Shown one piece after another: positions 36,209-46,399 of a stretch of DNA of 64,000 bases. The translations under genes were made by a program, and so were the position numbers. Below the pieces are notes generated by a model that saw only the letters and a program-made list of their open reading frames with translations, was not told the DNA's origin and searched no databases. Within the stretch, counting starts at the first letter, position 1. Every line of letters starts with the position of its first letter. The DNA lies in assembly GCA_016873775.1 (NCBI GenBank), contig VGWC01000002.1:4832-68831 (forward strand), read 5' to 3'. This stretch comes from Ignavibacteria bacterium. Lineage in GTDB: Bacteria; Bacteroidota; Ignavibacteria; UBA10030; F1-140-MAGs086.

Positions 36209-37872
36209 ATCGTGGGAAAAACAACTTGAAAAATATAACATCAAATAATATTCAACGCGATTATTTGTTCTGTATTTTTTCCGGCATTGTTTTCGGAATT
36301 TCATTCCCACCAAATTCTGTAGGCATACAAGCATTGTTCGCGTTTGTTCCGCTTCTTCTCGTTTTACTGAACGCAAAAAATCATCTTCATGCATTTCGAT
36401 ATGCTTATGTGATGTTGTTTGTGTGTAGTTTAATTTCAATGTACTGGATTGGAGGATTCACCCACGGACGCGATAATTATTTACTGCTTGCAGGAGGTTT
36501 GCTGTTATTCGTTCATCCGATTTTTTACTTTCTCCCTATTGCCGCATTTACTTTCATTCGCAAAAATTTGAATCAGAACATCGCTTTGTTCTCGTTTCCA
36601 TTCCTTTGGATATCAAACGAATATTTTCGAGCGCATACCGATTTTGCTTTTCCTTGGCTCACGATTGGAAACACTCAAACGTATGATCTTTCGTTGATAC
36701 AAATCGCTTCTATTGTTGGCGTGTACGGAATTTCTTTTATCATTTTACTCATCAATTGCGTCATAGTTTTTGTTTTCAGAAATATTACAACACGACAATG
36801 GAAAACGATTTCCTGGCAAAGTGGAATGTGCATTCTTTTTATTATCTGTCTGTACGGAATTCCAAAATTCATTGGCAATAAAATTTTAGAAGAACACTCA
36901 AACAATGAAAAACAAACTCATACAATTCGAGTCGCGATTGTTCAACCGAATATTGATCCTTGGGAAAAATGGCAGAACACTATCGATTTTCAAATGGACG
37001 TGTTGCTGAAAATGAGCAATGAAGTTTCTGCGTTCAAACCTGATTTACTTGTTTATCCCGAAACAGCGATTCCATCGTATATTTTGTTGCCAAACAATGA
37101 GCAAAGTTTATCGCAATTGAAATCGTTTGTTCATAAAAACAGAATCGCATTGTTCACAGGAATTCCCGATGTGAAATATTTCGATGATTCAACGTTCGCA
37201 CCATCAAGCAGTAAAATATTTTCAGAATCACGAATGCGATACAATACGTACAATTCATCAATGTTGTTAAAACCAAACTCCAATGAAATTCAAACGTGCG
37301 CGAAATCCATTCTTGTACCATTTGCTGAACGAGTTCCCTATGCCGATTATTTTTCATTCTCCAAATTGTTTGAATGGGGAATCGGAATTTCAGGTTGGGG
37401 AAAAGGTACCGATTCGACAATTTTTAATTTCACAACAACCACCGGAAAAATAATTCATTTTGCTAATCTTATATGTTTTGAATCCGTGTTTCCGCAACTT
37501 GCAACGAAGTTTGCGAAGAACGGCGCAGATTTTTTTACGGTGATTACGAACGACAGTTGGTGGGGAAATACGTCCGGCGTGTATCAGCATTTACGTTTCG
37601 GAATTTTTCGCGCAATTGAAAATCGCAAATGGCTCGTGCGCTGTGCAAACTCAGGAATTTCCTGCTTCATTGACCCGTACGGAAGGATATACTACTCAAC
37701 TGATTTCAACACTCAGCAAGTGATAATGAAAGAAATTTCTCTTTCCAACGAAAAAACTTTTTACAATGAACACAGCGATTGGTTTACGTTGTGGAATGTG
37801 ATTATTGCTTCATTACTATTAGCAATAGCATTTACAAAGAAATATTTATTCAACGAAAAAATCATCCATTGA
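36205..37872 (+). CDS. lnt: Apolipoprotein N-acyltransferase
   Basis: An N-terminal multi-TM region precedes a CN-hydrolase domain (IRVAIVQPNI...E, K in FGIFRAIENRKW, C in NSGIS). The start overlaps the PAP2 stop in ATGA fashion. Confidence 0.85.
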   Translation: MNRGKNNLKNITSNNIQRDYLFCIFSGIVFGISFPPNSVGIQALFAFVPLLLVLLNAKNHLHAFRYAYVMLFVCSLISMYWIGGFTHGRDNYLLLAGGLLLFVHPIFYFLPIAAFTFIRKNLNQNIALFSFPFLWISNEYFRAHTDFAFPWLTIGNTQTYDLSLIQIASIVGVYGISFIILLINCVIVFVFRNITTRQWKTISWQSGMCILFIICLYGIPKFIGNKILEEHSNNEKQTHTIRVAIVQPNIDPWEKWQNTIDFQMDVLLKMSNEVSAFKPDLLVYPETAIPSYILLPNNEQSLSQLKSFVHKNRIALFTGIPDVKYFDDSTFAPSSSKIFSESRMRYNTYNSSMLLKPNSNEIQTCAKSILVPFAERVPYADYFSFSKLFEWGIGISGWGKGTDSTIFNFTTTTGKIIHFANLICFESVFPQLATKFAKNGADFFTVITNDSWWGNTSGVYQHLRFGIFRAIENRKWLVRCANSGISCFIDPYGRIYYSTDFNTQQVIMKEISLSNEKTFYNEHSDWFTLWNVIIASLLLAIAFTKKYLFNEKIIH

Positions 37873-37925
37873 AAATTCAATATTTCTTTCAATGTTGAAT
37901 GGAGAACTACTACTAAAAAAATATT

Positions 37926-38963
37926 ATGCATCAAACATTTATTGACTTACGAAGCGATACAGTTACAAAACCTTCTTTTGCGATGCGCGATGCAATGGCA
38001 AAAGCGGAAGTAGGCGACGACGTATTCGGTGATGACCCAACTGTTCTTCTTTTGCAAAAACACGTTGCAGATTTACTCGGAAAAGACGCGGCGTTGTTTT
38101 TTCCGTCGGGAACAATGAGCAATCAAGTGTGCATCAAGTGCCACACGGAACCAAGTGATGAAATTATTTGCGAAGAAGGTGCGCATATTTTTAATTATGA
38201 AACTGGCGGACCTGCGTTTCTTTCCGGCGTTCTTGTCAAAACATTGAAAGGAATTCGCGGCGTATTTACTGCCGAACAAATCAAACAAGTCATTCGTCCG
38301 CGAGCGTATTATATGCCAGTAACAAAATTGATTGTTATTGAGAATACACACAACCGCGCGGGCGGAACAATTTTTCCACTCGAAGAAATAAAAAAGATTC
38401 GAGAACTTGCGGTGAGTGAAGGAATACGTTTGCATCTCGACGGAGCGCGTTTATGGAATGCGTTTGTCTCGACAGGAATTCATCCGAAAGAGTACGCATC
38501 GTATTTCGATTCTGTTTCAGTGTGTTTATCGAAAGGGCTTGGTGCGCCGGTTGGTTCGGTTTGCGCAAGCGATAGAATGCTGGTTGAACGCGCAAGAAAG
38601 TTCAGAAAAATTTTTGGCGGTGGAATGAGACAAGCAGGAATTCTCGCAGCAGCAGGAATTTATGCATTGCAAAATAATATTACGCGATTGAAAAAAGACC
38701 ACGAGAAAGCACAACTCTTCGCACAAACAGTTGCAAAAATTCCCGGTATGTATATTGACTTGGAATCTGTTCAAACAAATATCGTTATCATCGAAGTTGA
38801 TAAAACAGGAAAATCCCCGAATGAGGTGTTAGCAATGTTGAAGGAAAACAATGTGCTTCTCACGCCGGGAAATTGGAACAGTATTCGCGCCGTATTTCAT
38901 CTTGATGTATCAATGGAAGAAACACAACAAGCATCGCGAGTTTTTTATGAACTCTTCAAGTAG
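37926..38963 (+). CDS. ltaE: Low-specificity L-threonine aldolase
   Basis: [12 protein letters not shown] is the N-terminus. The PLP-lysine is in the [11 protein letters not shown] region. It has a Beta_elim_lyase fold. Confidence 0.8.
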   Translation: MHQTFIDLRSDTVTKPSFAMRDAMAKAEVGDDVFGDDPTVLLLQKHVADLLGKDAALFFPSGTMSNQVCIKCHTEPSDEIICEEGAHIFNYETGGPAFLSGVLVKTLKGIRGVFTAEQIKQVIRPRAYYMPVTKLIVIENTHNRAGGTIFPLEEIKKIRELAVSEGIRLHLDGARLWNAFVSTGIHPKEYASYFDSVSVCLSKGLGAPVGSVCASDRMLVERARKFRKIFGGGMRQAGILAAAGIYALQNNITRLKKDHEKAQLFAQTVAKIPGMYIDLESVQTNIVIIEVDKTGKSPNEVLAMLKENNVLLTPGNWNSIRAVFHLDVSMEETQQASRVFYELFK

Positions 38964-38971
38964 AAGTATTT

Positions 38972-39030
38972 CGTCATTAGTCATTCTTGAATCTCGCTAA
39001 ACTCATTATCAATGACAAATTACCAATTCC
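38972..39030. repeat. Palindromic intergenic element with the 17-mer AATGACAAATTACCAAT
   Basis: The sequence is tcgtcattagtcattcttgaatctcgctaaactcattatcaatgacaaattaccaatt. The 17-mer is identical to the copy at 10849-10865. Confidence 0.6.
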
Positions 39031-39033
39031 TCT

Positions 39034-39207
39034 ATGGATAAAAAAGATTTCAACTTCAAAACTCAAATGCGCATTCGCAATTACGAAATAGATTTGCAAG
39101 GAATTGTTCACAATGCAAATTATTTACTGTATTTCGAAATAGTGAGAATGGAACACTTAAAGCAACTCGACGTAAGCGTAGATGTTCATTCCATACGAAA
39201 CGGATGA
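39034..39207 (+). pseudogene. Truncated 4HBT/YbgC-type acyl-CoA thioesterase (N-terminal 57 codons only)
   Basis: MDKKDFNFKTQMRIRNYEIDLQGIVHNANYLLYFEIVRMEHL is the canonical hotdog thioesterase N-terminus. A stop at 39205-39207 cuts it short, where full proteins are about 135 aa. Confidence 0.55.
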
Positions 39208-39252
39208 ATTCCGATGAAAGTAATAGAGTTTGAAAAGTAAATATGTTCACAC

Positions 39253-39939
39253 GTGCCTGATACGAATTTTTCTTACTACACAAAACATCTTTCTGCTGAA
39301 AATTTACAACGCGTTTATGAAATTGCTCCACCCCGCGTTCAACAATATTTTGATGCAGAAATACATTACCTTCTTTCAAAAATAACTGCAAACGATGTAG
39401 TTTTGGAATTGGGTTGCGGCTATGGTCGTATCATTCCGACGTTGGCGAACAAAGCAAAATTTGTCGTTGGCATTGATACATCGTTGCAGAGTTTACTCCT
39501 TGGTCAGCAGTTTCTTCGCAATGTTTCAAATAGCCTTCTATTTCAAATGAATGCAACAAAACTTGATTTTCTTTCTCACACATTTGATGTTGTCGTTTGT
39601 ATTCAAAACGGAATTTCTGCATTTCACGTCAATCAACACGAATTAATCAAAGAAAGTATTCGCGTAACAAAACCCGGTGGAAAAATTTTCTTTTCAAGTT
39701 ATTCCGAAAAATTTTGGGACCATCGGCTTCATTGGTTTCGGTTGCAAGAGAGGGAAGGACTTATTGGTGAAATTGATGAAGAACATACAATGAATGGCAT
39801 GATTGTTTGCAAAGATGGGTTTACGGCAACGACAGTGAATGAAAAAAATTTCCTTGGTTTGGTTTCTGAGTTCAATGTAAGCGTAAACATTTCAGAAGTA
39901 GATGAATCAGTAATCTTTTGTGAAATGGACGTTCGTTGA
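39253..39939 (+). CDS. Class I SAM-dependent methyltransferase
   Basis: VLELGCGYGRI is motif I and VVGIDTS is motif II. GTG start at 39253. Confidence 0.7.
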   Translation: MPDTNFSYYTKHLSAENLQRVYEIAPPRVQQYFDAEIHYLLSKITANDVVLELGCGYGRIIPTLANKAKFVVGIDTSLQSLLLGQQFLRNVSNSLLFQMNATKLDFLSHTFDVVVCIQNGISAFHVNQHELIKESIRVTKPGGKIFFSSYSEKFWDHRLHWFRLQEREGLIGEIDEEHTMNGMIVCKDGFTATTVNEKNFLGLVSEFNVSVNISEVDESVIFCEMDVR

Positions 39940-40050
39940 ATGCACACTTGAAAATTCAGAAAATAATAATTGTTGTTGCAACATTTTAAAAACACTTCAA
40001 GTCTAACACAAATATCTTTCAAAATATTTATTCACAAATTCAAAAATACA

Positions 40051-42573
40051 ATGAGGCAATTATTCTATCTCTATCTAATCTTCCTATCACTTTCATTTAC
40101 CTCTAATTCCCAGGAACGTTTCGGCGACATTTCCGGAAAAATTTTCGACGTTAAAACATTAGAGCCGATTCCTTCAGCAAATATTTTCCTTGTTGAAAAA
40201 CCTGAGCTCGGAACTTCTTCCAATCTCGACGGTGTATTTCTATTGAAAACCATTCCTGTTGGAACATACAGTTTGAAAATTTCTGCCTTAGGTTATAGTT
40301 CGCAAATTGTTACCAATACTGTTGTTGTAACAGGTCGCGCAACTCCGATTACCATTAAACTTGAAGAGAAATCCATAGAAATGCAAACAGTTACAGCAGA
40401 AGCGACATATTTCAGCAGAGCGCAACAGATGAGTCCCGTAAGTTCAAGCGTGTTTGTTCGCGCGGAAGTGTTGCGTTCTCCCGGTGGAATTCAAGATGTG
40501 CAGCGAGTTGCGCAATCGCTTCCCGGTGTTGCGAGTTCAACGGATAACATTAACGAACTCATTGTACGAGGAGGCGCACCGTTCGAAAATCTTACGATTC
40601 TTGACCAAATGGAAATTCCTTCCATCAATCATTACTCGAATCAATTTAATTCCGCTGGTCCCATCAATATGGTGAACGCCGATATGATTGAAGATGTGCA
40701 ATTTTCTTCGGGAGGATTTCCTGCGCAATACGGCGATAAAACTTCCTCCGTTATGAATTTAACGGTGCGCGAAGGTGATAAAAAGAAATCGTTCGCTTCC
40801 AATACGGCAATGAATATGGCAGGGCTCGGAATGCTGATCGAAGGAGGTTTTGCAAACGAAAAAGGTTCATACATTTTTTCTATTCGCAATAGTTTGCTCG
40901 AAGTTATTGATAAGGCAGTTGGTATTTCAAAAATTTCGCTTACCGCCATTCCGAAATATTGGGATATGCAATCAAAATTGACGTACGATTTTTCGCAATC
41001 GCAAAAACTGATATTCAATGTTTTGTATGGAGATAGCCGCATCAATTTTGTTGGAGACCCGAAGTTGCAAGATACGTTACGCCGTAACGTTCTCGATTCA
41101 TCATCGGTTGAAACGCTTTATCCTGTTACAAAACAATACGCCGTAGGATTGAGTCTTCGTAGTTTGTTCGGAAAAGAAGGATACTCGATGTTCACACTTT
41201 ATTCATCGGGAACAAGCACTGATATAACCGTGCAGGAAGATTTTGCAGTTCGTCAACGCGATGCAAACGGCGATGTCAATTCGTACACCATTCTCAACAC
41301 TCAAAAAGTTTTTGCCAATAATATGTTCGAATCATTTCTCGGTGCAAAGTACGAATTGTTTTACCAACCACATCCACTTCATTCACTTTCACTCGGAGGA
41401 CAAATTCAAACAGCGCAAAAGTGGAGAGACGATTTATTTTTCGGAGGAGATACGTCGCGTTACGATTTTGACAACGATGGAATTTTTGAAACAGGTCCGA
41501 TTGCTGTAAATGCGGCAACGTTTTTGCAGCATTTCAAATTCGGCGATGCGAGTAAATACTATCTGTTTGCAAGTGATAAATATTTACTGACTTCTTCATT
41601 CGCATTTACTTTAGGTTTTCGGTACGACCATTTTACGTACGCGGGCAAAGGTGCATTTTCTCCTCGAGCAAGTTTATCGTATCAATTTATTCCATCAATT
41701 AGTACTGCAACATTTGCAGTCGGTGAATATGCGCAGGTTCATCCGCTCCCCTTTTACGGCGACAGATTTCATATCGGATTCAATCGCAATCTCGATTATA
41801 TGAAAGCGACGCATTATGTTCTCGGTTACGAACATATTCTCGGTGAAGGTTTCAAATTCAGCGTAGAAACGTATTACAAAAATTATCGCAACATTGCGGT
41901 GAGTGAAGAATTTATTTATCAAGCAGCAGAAACGGTTCGCACCGATAAAATTCACACGATTGGCAAACGACACTCCTATGGAACAGAATTATTTCTCGAA
42001 CAAAAGCAAGTCGCAGACTATTTCGGAACATTGAGCGTGTCGTTTTCAAAAACTGAGATGAAAGATTCGCGAATTCCACCAATGAAACGTTGGTACACAT
42101 CAGAATTTGATTATCCTGTTATCCTCACTGCGCTTGGAGGAAAGGTGGTGAAAGGTGTTCGTGATTGGTGCGATAACGCTCCGTTCTACATAAAATATCC
42201 TTCGTACATTTTTCCATTTTCGAACGAAATGGAAATCAGTTTTAAATTTCGATATCAATCGGGAAGACCATACACGCCGCTCGAATACGTATTGTGGAAA
42301 CAAAACAGAGAAGGCGGAGTACATTGGTCACCAGGCGCGTGGGTTTCCAGTAAGAAAGAAAATTCCGTTCGTTATCCCGATTACAGTCGCTTGGATTTTC
42401 AGTGGTTAAGCAGATACAATCATTCCGGGTACAACATCAACGTGTACATCGCGATGATGAATATCTTCAACACAAAAAATGTTTTCTATGAAAATCACCG
42501 CAGCGATGGAACAATAGAAACAGTTTACCAGTTTGCGTTTTTCCCCGTTGCAGGAGTGGAAGTTGAGTTTTGA
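40051..42573 (+). CDS. TonB-dependent outer-membrane receptor with an N-terminal carboxypeptidase-regulatory-like domain
   Basis: Signal peptide, a CarbopepD_reg-like beta-sandwich (GKIFDVKTLEPIPSANIFLVE...GTYSLKISALGYSS), a plug domain, and a long beta-barrel ending in an aromatic C-terminal residue (VEVEF). Confidence 0.75.
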   Translation: MRQLFYLYLIFLSLSFTSNSQERFGDISGKIFDVKTLEPIPSANIFLVEKPELGTSSNLDGVFLLKTIPVGTYSLKISALGYSSQIVTNTVVVTGRATPITIKLEEKSIEMQTVTAEATYFSRAQQMSPVSSSVFVRAEVLRSPGGIQDVQRVAQSLPGVASSTDNINELIVRGGAPFENLTILDQMEIPSINHYSNQFNSAGPINMVNADMIEDVQFSSGGFPAQYGDKTSSVMNLTVREGDKKKSFASNTAMNMAGLGMLIEGGFANEKGSYIFSIRNSLLEVIDKAVGISKISLTAIPKYWDMQSKLTYDFSQSQKLIFNVLYGDSRINFVGDPKLQDTLRRNVLDSSSVETLYPVTKQYAVGLSLRSLFGKEGYSMFTLYSSGTSTDITVQEDFAVRQRDANGDVNSYTILNTQKVFANNMFESFLGAKYELFYQPHPLHSLSLGGQIQTAQKWRDDLFFGGDTSRYDFDNDGIFETGPIAVNAATFLQHFKFGDASKYYLFASDKYLLTSSFAFTLGFRYDHFTYAGKGAFSPRASLSYQFIPSISTATFAVGEYAQVHPLPFYGDRFHIGFNRNLDYMKATHYVLGYEHILGEGFKFSVETYYKNYRNIAVSEEFIYQAAETVRTDKIHTIGKRHSYGTELFLEQKQVADYFGTLSVSFSKTEMKDSRIPPMKRWYTSEFDYPVILTALGGKVVKGVRDWCDNAPFYIKYPSYIFPFSNEMEISFKFRYQSGRPYTPLEYVLWKQNREGGVHWSPGAWVSSKKENSVRYPDYSRLDFQWLSRYNHSGYNINVYIAMMNIFNTKNVFYENHRSDGTIETVYQFAFFPVAGVEVEF

Positions 42574-42639
42574 GAAGAGTCATTTAAAACATAGAGCAGA
42601 AATCTTGTTTCTGCTCTATTCGTAAACAAAATTTGCATA

Positions 42640-44295
42640 TTACATTCTTTCCGGCGCAGTAATTCCTAAAATTGAAAGTCCATTTCCTAAAACAATTTTT
42701 GTTCCCGAACACAATGCCAATCGCGCCGATGTTAATTCTCTATCATCCGTTACAACGCGATGGTCGTGATAAAAGCGATGAAATGAACTTGCGACGTTAT
42801 GTAAATATTCGCAGAGTAAATGCGGCTCAAAATTTGTTGCGACATTTTCTACAACTTCGGGAAATGTTCGTAATAATTTCATCAAATCAATTTCTGCACT
42901 TTCTTCCAGCAAAGACAGATTTGCTATTTGCTCTTGGCTTTTTTCTCTACGCTCTATACTCTCTGCTCCTTGCTCACTTGCAAATCGAATGATGCTTGCA
43001 ATTCTCGCATGAGCATATTGTAGATAATACACAGGGTTTTCGTCCGATTGTTGTTTCGCAAGTTTCAAATCGAAATTGAGATGACTTCCGATACTGCGCA
43101 TCAAAAAGAAATAGCGAACGACATCCGCGCTAACTTCATCTATCAACTCATCGAGTGTAATAAAATTTGCTTTCCGTGTGGACATTTTCACGACTTCACC
43201 ATCTTGTAATATCGTAACAAACTGGTGAATCAGTACTTTGATCTTTTCAGGATTTTCTCCGAGGGCGCGTAAACTTGCAAGCACATCGGGATACGTTGCA
43301 ATATGGTCGCTTCCTAAAATATCAATCATCACATCAAATCCGCGATGAATTTTATTTCGATGATACGCAATATCCGGCAAACGATACGTCGGCTCACCTG
43401 TGCTTTTCACAATCACTTTATCTTTTTCGCTGCCGAGAATTTCTTTCTTCAACCACAATGCACCTTCGCTTTCGTATGCAATGCCGATGCGTTTGAATTC
43501 ATCTATCAACTCCTTTACTTTTCCTGTTTCGTATAAAGAATTTTCATTGAAGAAAACATCAAACACTATTCCCAGTCGCTTGCACGTTTTTTTTATGTCT
43601 TCAAAAATTTCTGCTTCCGCTTGTTGTTTGAATTTTCCTTCTGCGTTTTCGTTGCGAAGTGTATTGCCGAATTCCTTCTGCAAGTTTTTTGCGATGTCAA
43701 TAATGTATTCGCCTTGATAATAATCTTCGGGAAAAGAAATTTGCTCGCCGAGTAATTGCAAATACCTCAAACGAACTGAATCGCCAAGCAGGCGCATTTG
43801 TCTTCCCGCATTGTTGAAATAATATTCGCGCGTAATATTATATCCGCTCCATTCAAGAACTCGCGCAACCGTATCACCGAACACTGCGTTTCTTCCGTGT
43901 CCGACCGTTAATGGTCCCGTTGGATTTGCGGAAACAAACTCAACTTGCGCTGTTTTATTATTTCCATTCTCATTTTTTCCGAAAGAGATATTTGTTGCAA
44001 GAATACTTCTCAATTCATTTTGAAAATAATTTTTTGTAAAATGAAAATTGATAAATCCAGGACCGGCGATTTCCACTTTTTCAATAATAGTTGAATCAAA
44101 TCGAAGCGAAGCGATGAGTTCCGTTGCAATTTGGCGAGGATTCTTTTTGAGCGATTTGGAAAGTTGCATTGCAATGTTGGTTGAAATATCGCCGTGTTCC
44201 ACAACTTTCGGTTTCTCAAAAAAAATTGTTTGGTTTTCTATCCCAAACAATTTCTGAATTACTGAACCTATGTTTTGATGAAGATAATCTTTCAT
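42640..44295 (-). CDS. argS: Arginine--tRNA ligase
   Basis: SANPTGPLTVGHGRN is the HIGH region. The KMSK-like motif is MSTRK. The anticodon-binding DALR domain is at the C-terminus. Confidence 0.9.
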   Translation of the reverse strand: MKDYLHQNIGSVIQKLFGIENQTIFFEKPKVVEHGDISTNIAMQLSKSLKKNPRQIATELIASLRFDSTIIEKVEIAGPGFINFHFTKNYFQNELRSILATNISFGKNENGNNKTAQVEFVSANPTGPLTVGHGRNAVFGDTVARVLEWSGYNITREYYFNNAGRQMRLLGDSVRLRYLQLLGEQISFPEDYYQGEYIIDIAKNLQKEFGNTLRNENAEGKFKQQAEAEIFEDIKKTCKRLGIVFDVFFNENSLYETGKVKELIDEFKRIGIAYESEGALWLKKEILGSEKDKVIVKSTGEPTYRLPDIAYHRNKIHRGFDVMIDILGSDHIATYPDVLASLRALGENPEKIKVLIHQFVTILQDGEVVKMSTRKANFITLDELIDEVSADVVRYFFLMRSIGSHLNFDLKLAKQQSDENPVYYLQYAHARIASIIRFASEQGAESIERREKSQEQIANLSLLEESAEIDLMKLLRTFPEVVENVATNFEPHLLCEYLHNVASSFHRFYHDHRVVTDDRELTSARLALCSGTKIVLGNGLSILGITAPERM

Positions 44296-44693
44296 TTCTC
44301 TACGGATTTCTTTTTCGCTTTTGTTGCCGGCAATTTTGGTTTTGCAATTTTTTCTTCGATGTATTCTATTTTTGCATCACCCCATAATTTTTCCAAATTG
44401 TAATATGTGCGTGTGGATTTTTGAAATATGTGTACGACAACATCAACAAAATCAATAATCACCCAATCGGCAACGTCCATTCCTTCGTTATGCCAAGGAT
44501 ACAACCCATCTTTCTTCGCCGTTTCCATTATAGCATTTGCAATAGCACGCACTTGAATATCCGAATCGCCGGAACAGAGAATGAAAAAATCCGTTACATC
44601 AGAAACTTTGCGAATATCAAGCAACGCAACATCCGATGCCTTTTTGAGAAAACACATTTGCGCAATTTTTTTTGCGAGAACTTTTGTAGCCAA
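44292..44693 (-). CDS. rsfS: Ribosomal silencing factor RsfS (Iojap)
   Basis: DVTDFFILCSGDSDIQVRAIA and DWVIIDFVDVVVHIF are the Iojap signature. The gene overlaps the argS start. Confidence 0.85.
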   Translation of the reverse strand: MATKVLAKKIAQMCFLKKASDVALLDIRKVSDVTDFFILCSGDSDIQVRAIANAIMETAKKDGLYPWHNEGMDVADWVIIDFVDVVVHIFQKSTRTYYNLEKLWGDAKIEYIEEKIAKPKLPATKAKKKSVEK

Positions 44694-44702
44694 GATAAAT
44701 TC

Positions 44703-45239
44703 CTATCTCTTTTCTTCTAAATTGTTTGTAAAAAATCGTTGATAATCTTTTCCGAGAACGAGTGAGATATTCACGATATACTCGCGAGAAATTTGTTGTA
44801 CAATTTTATTTGAATCAATGCCAACAATGTTCGCAAACGTTGCTGCGTTGCGTTTATTTCCCACTCTGTCTATAATAAAACTTTCGTTTGTTTCTGTTGA
44901 AAAATTTCCGACATCAATCACATCCACGCCAATATTGCGTAACTGTTTCGTGAGTTTCATACCGATTCCCGAAACACCACTCGCATTAAGTATATCCACT
45001 TGCACCGCATTAGGCAATGATAGAATTTTTTGTTCGGCAAGTTCCTTCGAAGTAAAAAACAGAGAAAGAATTCCATACAGTAACACAAACAATAGCAAGA
45101 AAAAAATTACAATCAACGAATTGAGCGCGATGTATTGCCATTGAAATTTTCTTTTCAGAACAAGAGTATCGTTTGTCGTCGAAGACGAATCTGATGGCTC
45201 GAATAACGTTCGTTGTTCTTGCGGCGAGAAATCAGCCAT
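44703..45239 (-). CDS. LytR_C (cell-envelope-related attenuator C-terminal) domain membrane protein
   Basis: A single TM helix is followed by VQVDILNASGVSGIGMKLTKQLRNIGVDVIDVGN, the LytR_C pattern. Confidence 0.6.
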   Translation of the reverse strand: MADFSPQEQRTLFEPSDSSSTTNDTLVLKRKFQWQYIALNSLIVIFFLLLFVLLYGILSLFFTSKELAEQKILSLPNAVQVDILNASGVSGIGMKLTKQLRNIGVDVIDVGNFSTETNESFIIDRVGNKRNAATFANIVGIDSNKIVQQISREYIVNISLVLGKDYQRFFTNNLEEKR

Positions 45240-45339
45240 CAGAAATTACACCTACGAAAATAAAAAAGATTTTCTCTGTCGAAATTTCGATTGAGAAAAT
45301 CTATTTCAAAAAAAATATGTCTCAAATGCAGAGGAAAAA

Positions 45340-45825
45340 TTATTCGTCTCCAAAAGGATGAGAATAGTATGAACCGGAAAGCAAAAACGGATTGTAGTAA
45401 TATGAGCCAAGTGGAAGTTGGCGATACTGAATTTGAAACAGTACATTATCCCACGGACGAAAATCAAGTTGCGCGCGATTCAAATAAATTCCGGAAACTG
45501 ATTGCTGTCCACGAAAACCTGTTGCATACGGAGAATACATCATACTAACATCGGCGCGCGCAGAAATTAAATCTGAAAAAATATATTGCATTGAGTTCGT
45601 GTATTGACTGATGGAAAGATTTTGCGCTCCGCTTGTTGCATAGTTAATCGAAAAATTATGATGCATTGAAAATTTATTCGGGTCAATCCAACCGAAAAGC
45701 GAATTCGATTGTATCGTTGAGAATCCAGTGTTTTGCGATGGAGTTTGCTGATTTCGAAATTGCGCAAAGGAATTTGTAAGTCCGAAAACAAGAACTACTG
45801 TGATTGCGAATGTAAATTTTTTCAT
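45340..45825 (-). CDS. Hypothetical secreted protein (161 aa)
   Basis: Signal peptide MKKFTFAITVVLVFGLTNSFAQ and a Tyr/Ser-rich, beta-rich composition. Confidence 0.45.
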   Translation of the reverse strand: MKKFTFAITVVLVFGLTNSFAQFRNQQTPSQNTGFSTIQSNSLFGWIDPNKFSMHHNFSINYATSGAQNLSISQYTNSMQYIFSDLISARADVSMMYSPYATGFRGQQSVSGIYLNRAQLDFRPWDNVLFQIQYRQLPLGSYYYNPFLLSGSYYSHPFGDE

Positions 45826-45873
45826 AGTGTTGGTGAATAATTTATGCCAATAATAAAATAGAGAATATCGAAT

Positions 45874-46071
45874 TTATAATCCAAACTTCCTTTTTACTTC
45901 TTCAAGTGTAGTTGTTGAAGCAAATCCCTCTTGCTGTTTTGCTAATCGTAAATCGCGAAGGTCTTCAATATCTTCTAAAGTTTCTTGCAATTTCTTAAAT
46001 TCTTGGTAAGGGAGAACAACAAATTCATTTTTCCCTTCTTTGCTAATTATTTGGGGATGGAGTTCAATCAT
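45874..46071 (-). CDS. Putative antitoxin (Phd/YefM-like C-terminal region), partner of the frameshifted RelE/ParE gene
   Basis: EFVVLPYQEFKKLQETLEDIEDLRDLRLAKQQ parallels the YefM/Phd strand-helix core. It lies 9 nt downstream of the toxin-like ORF on the same strand. Confidence 0.45.
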   Translation of the reverse strand: MIELHPQIISKEGKNEFVVLPYQEFKKLQETLEDIEDLRDLRLAKQQEGFASTTTLEEVKRKFGL

Positions 46072-46080
46072 ATTTTTGAT

Positions 46081-46339
46081 TTATTTATATGCTTCGTTTC
46101 TGTGCTTGATACGATAAATTACCAAACTCGTGCCTTCGATTTCAAATAATACTCTATAGTTTCCTACACGCAAACGATATTCCGGCGTAAAATTCGTCAA
46201 GTGTTTTACATCGCCGAAAAGATTTTCTTTCATCGCTTCTATTTTTTCTACTATGTGTTTCGCGTTCTTCGTTTGTGCGTTTTTCTAAATCTCGCAAAGA
46301 TTTTGGCTTGAAAACAATGTCATAACGCATTTCATTCAA
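46081..46339 (-). pseudogene. RelE/ParE-family toxin gene with a +1 frameshift at an A5 run
   Basis: The first frame gives MNEMRYDIVFKPKSLRDLEK. The +1 frame gives KNAKHIVEKIEAMKENLFGDVKHLTNFTPEYRLRVGNYRVLFEIEGTSLVIYRIKHRNEAYK, the RelE/ParE core. The 259-nt span equals 3n+1. The shift occurs at gaaaaac (plus-strand T5 at 46280-46284). Confidence 0.7.
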
Positions 46340-46399
46340 TCAACGGAAGTAATTTTTCGTGAAAATTATACTAAAATTTATTGAGTTTGCAAAGTTGCT

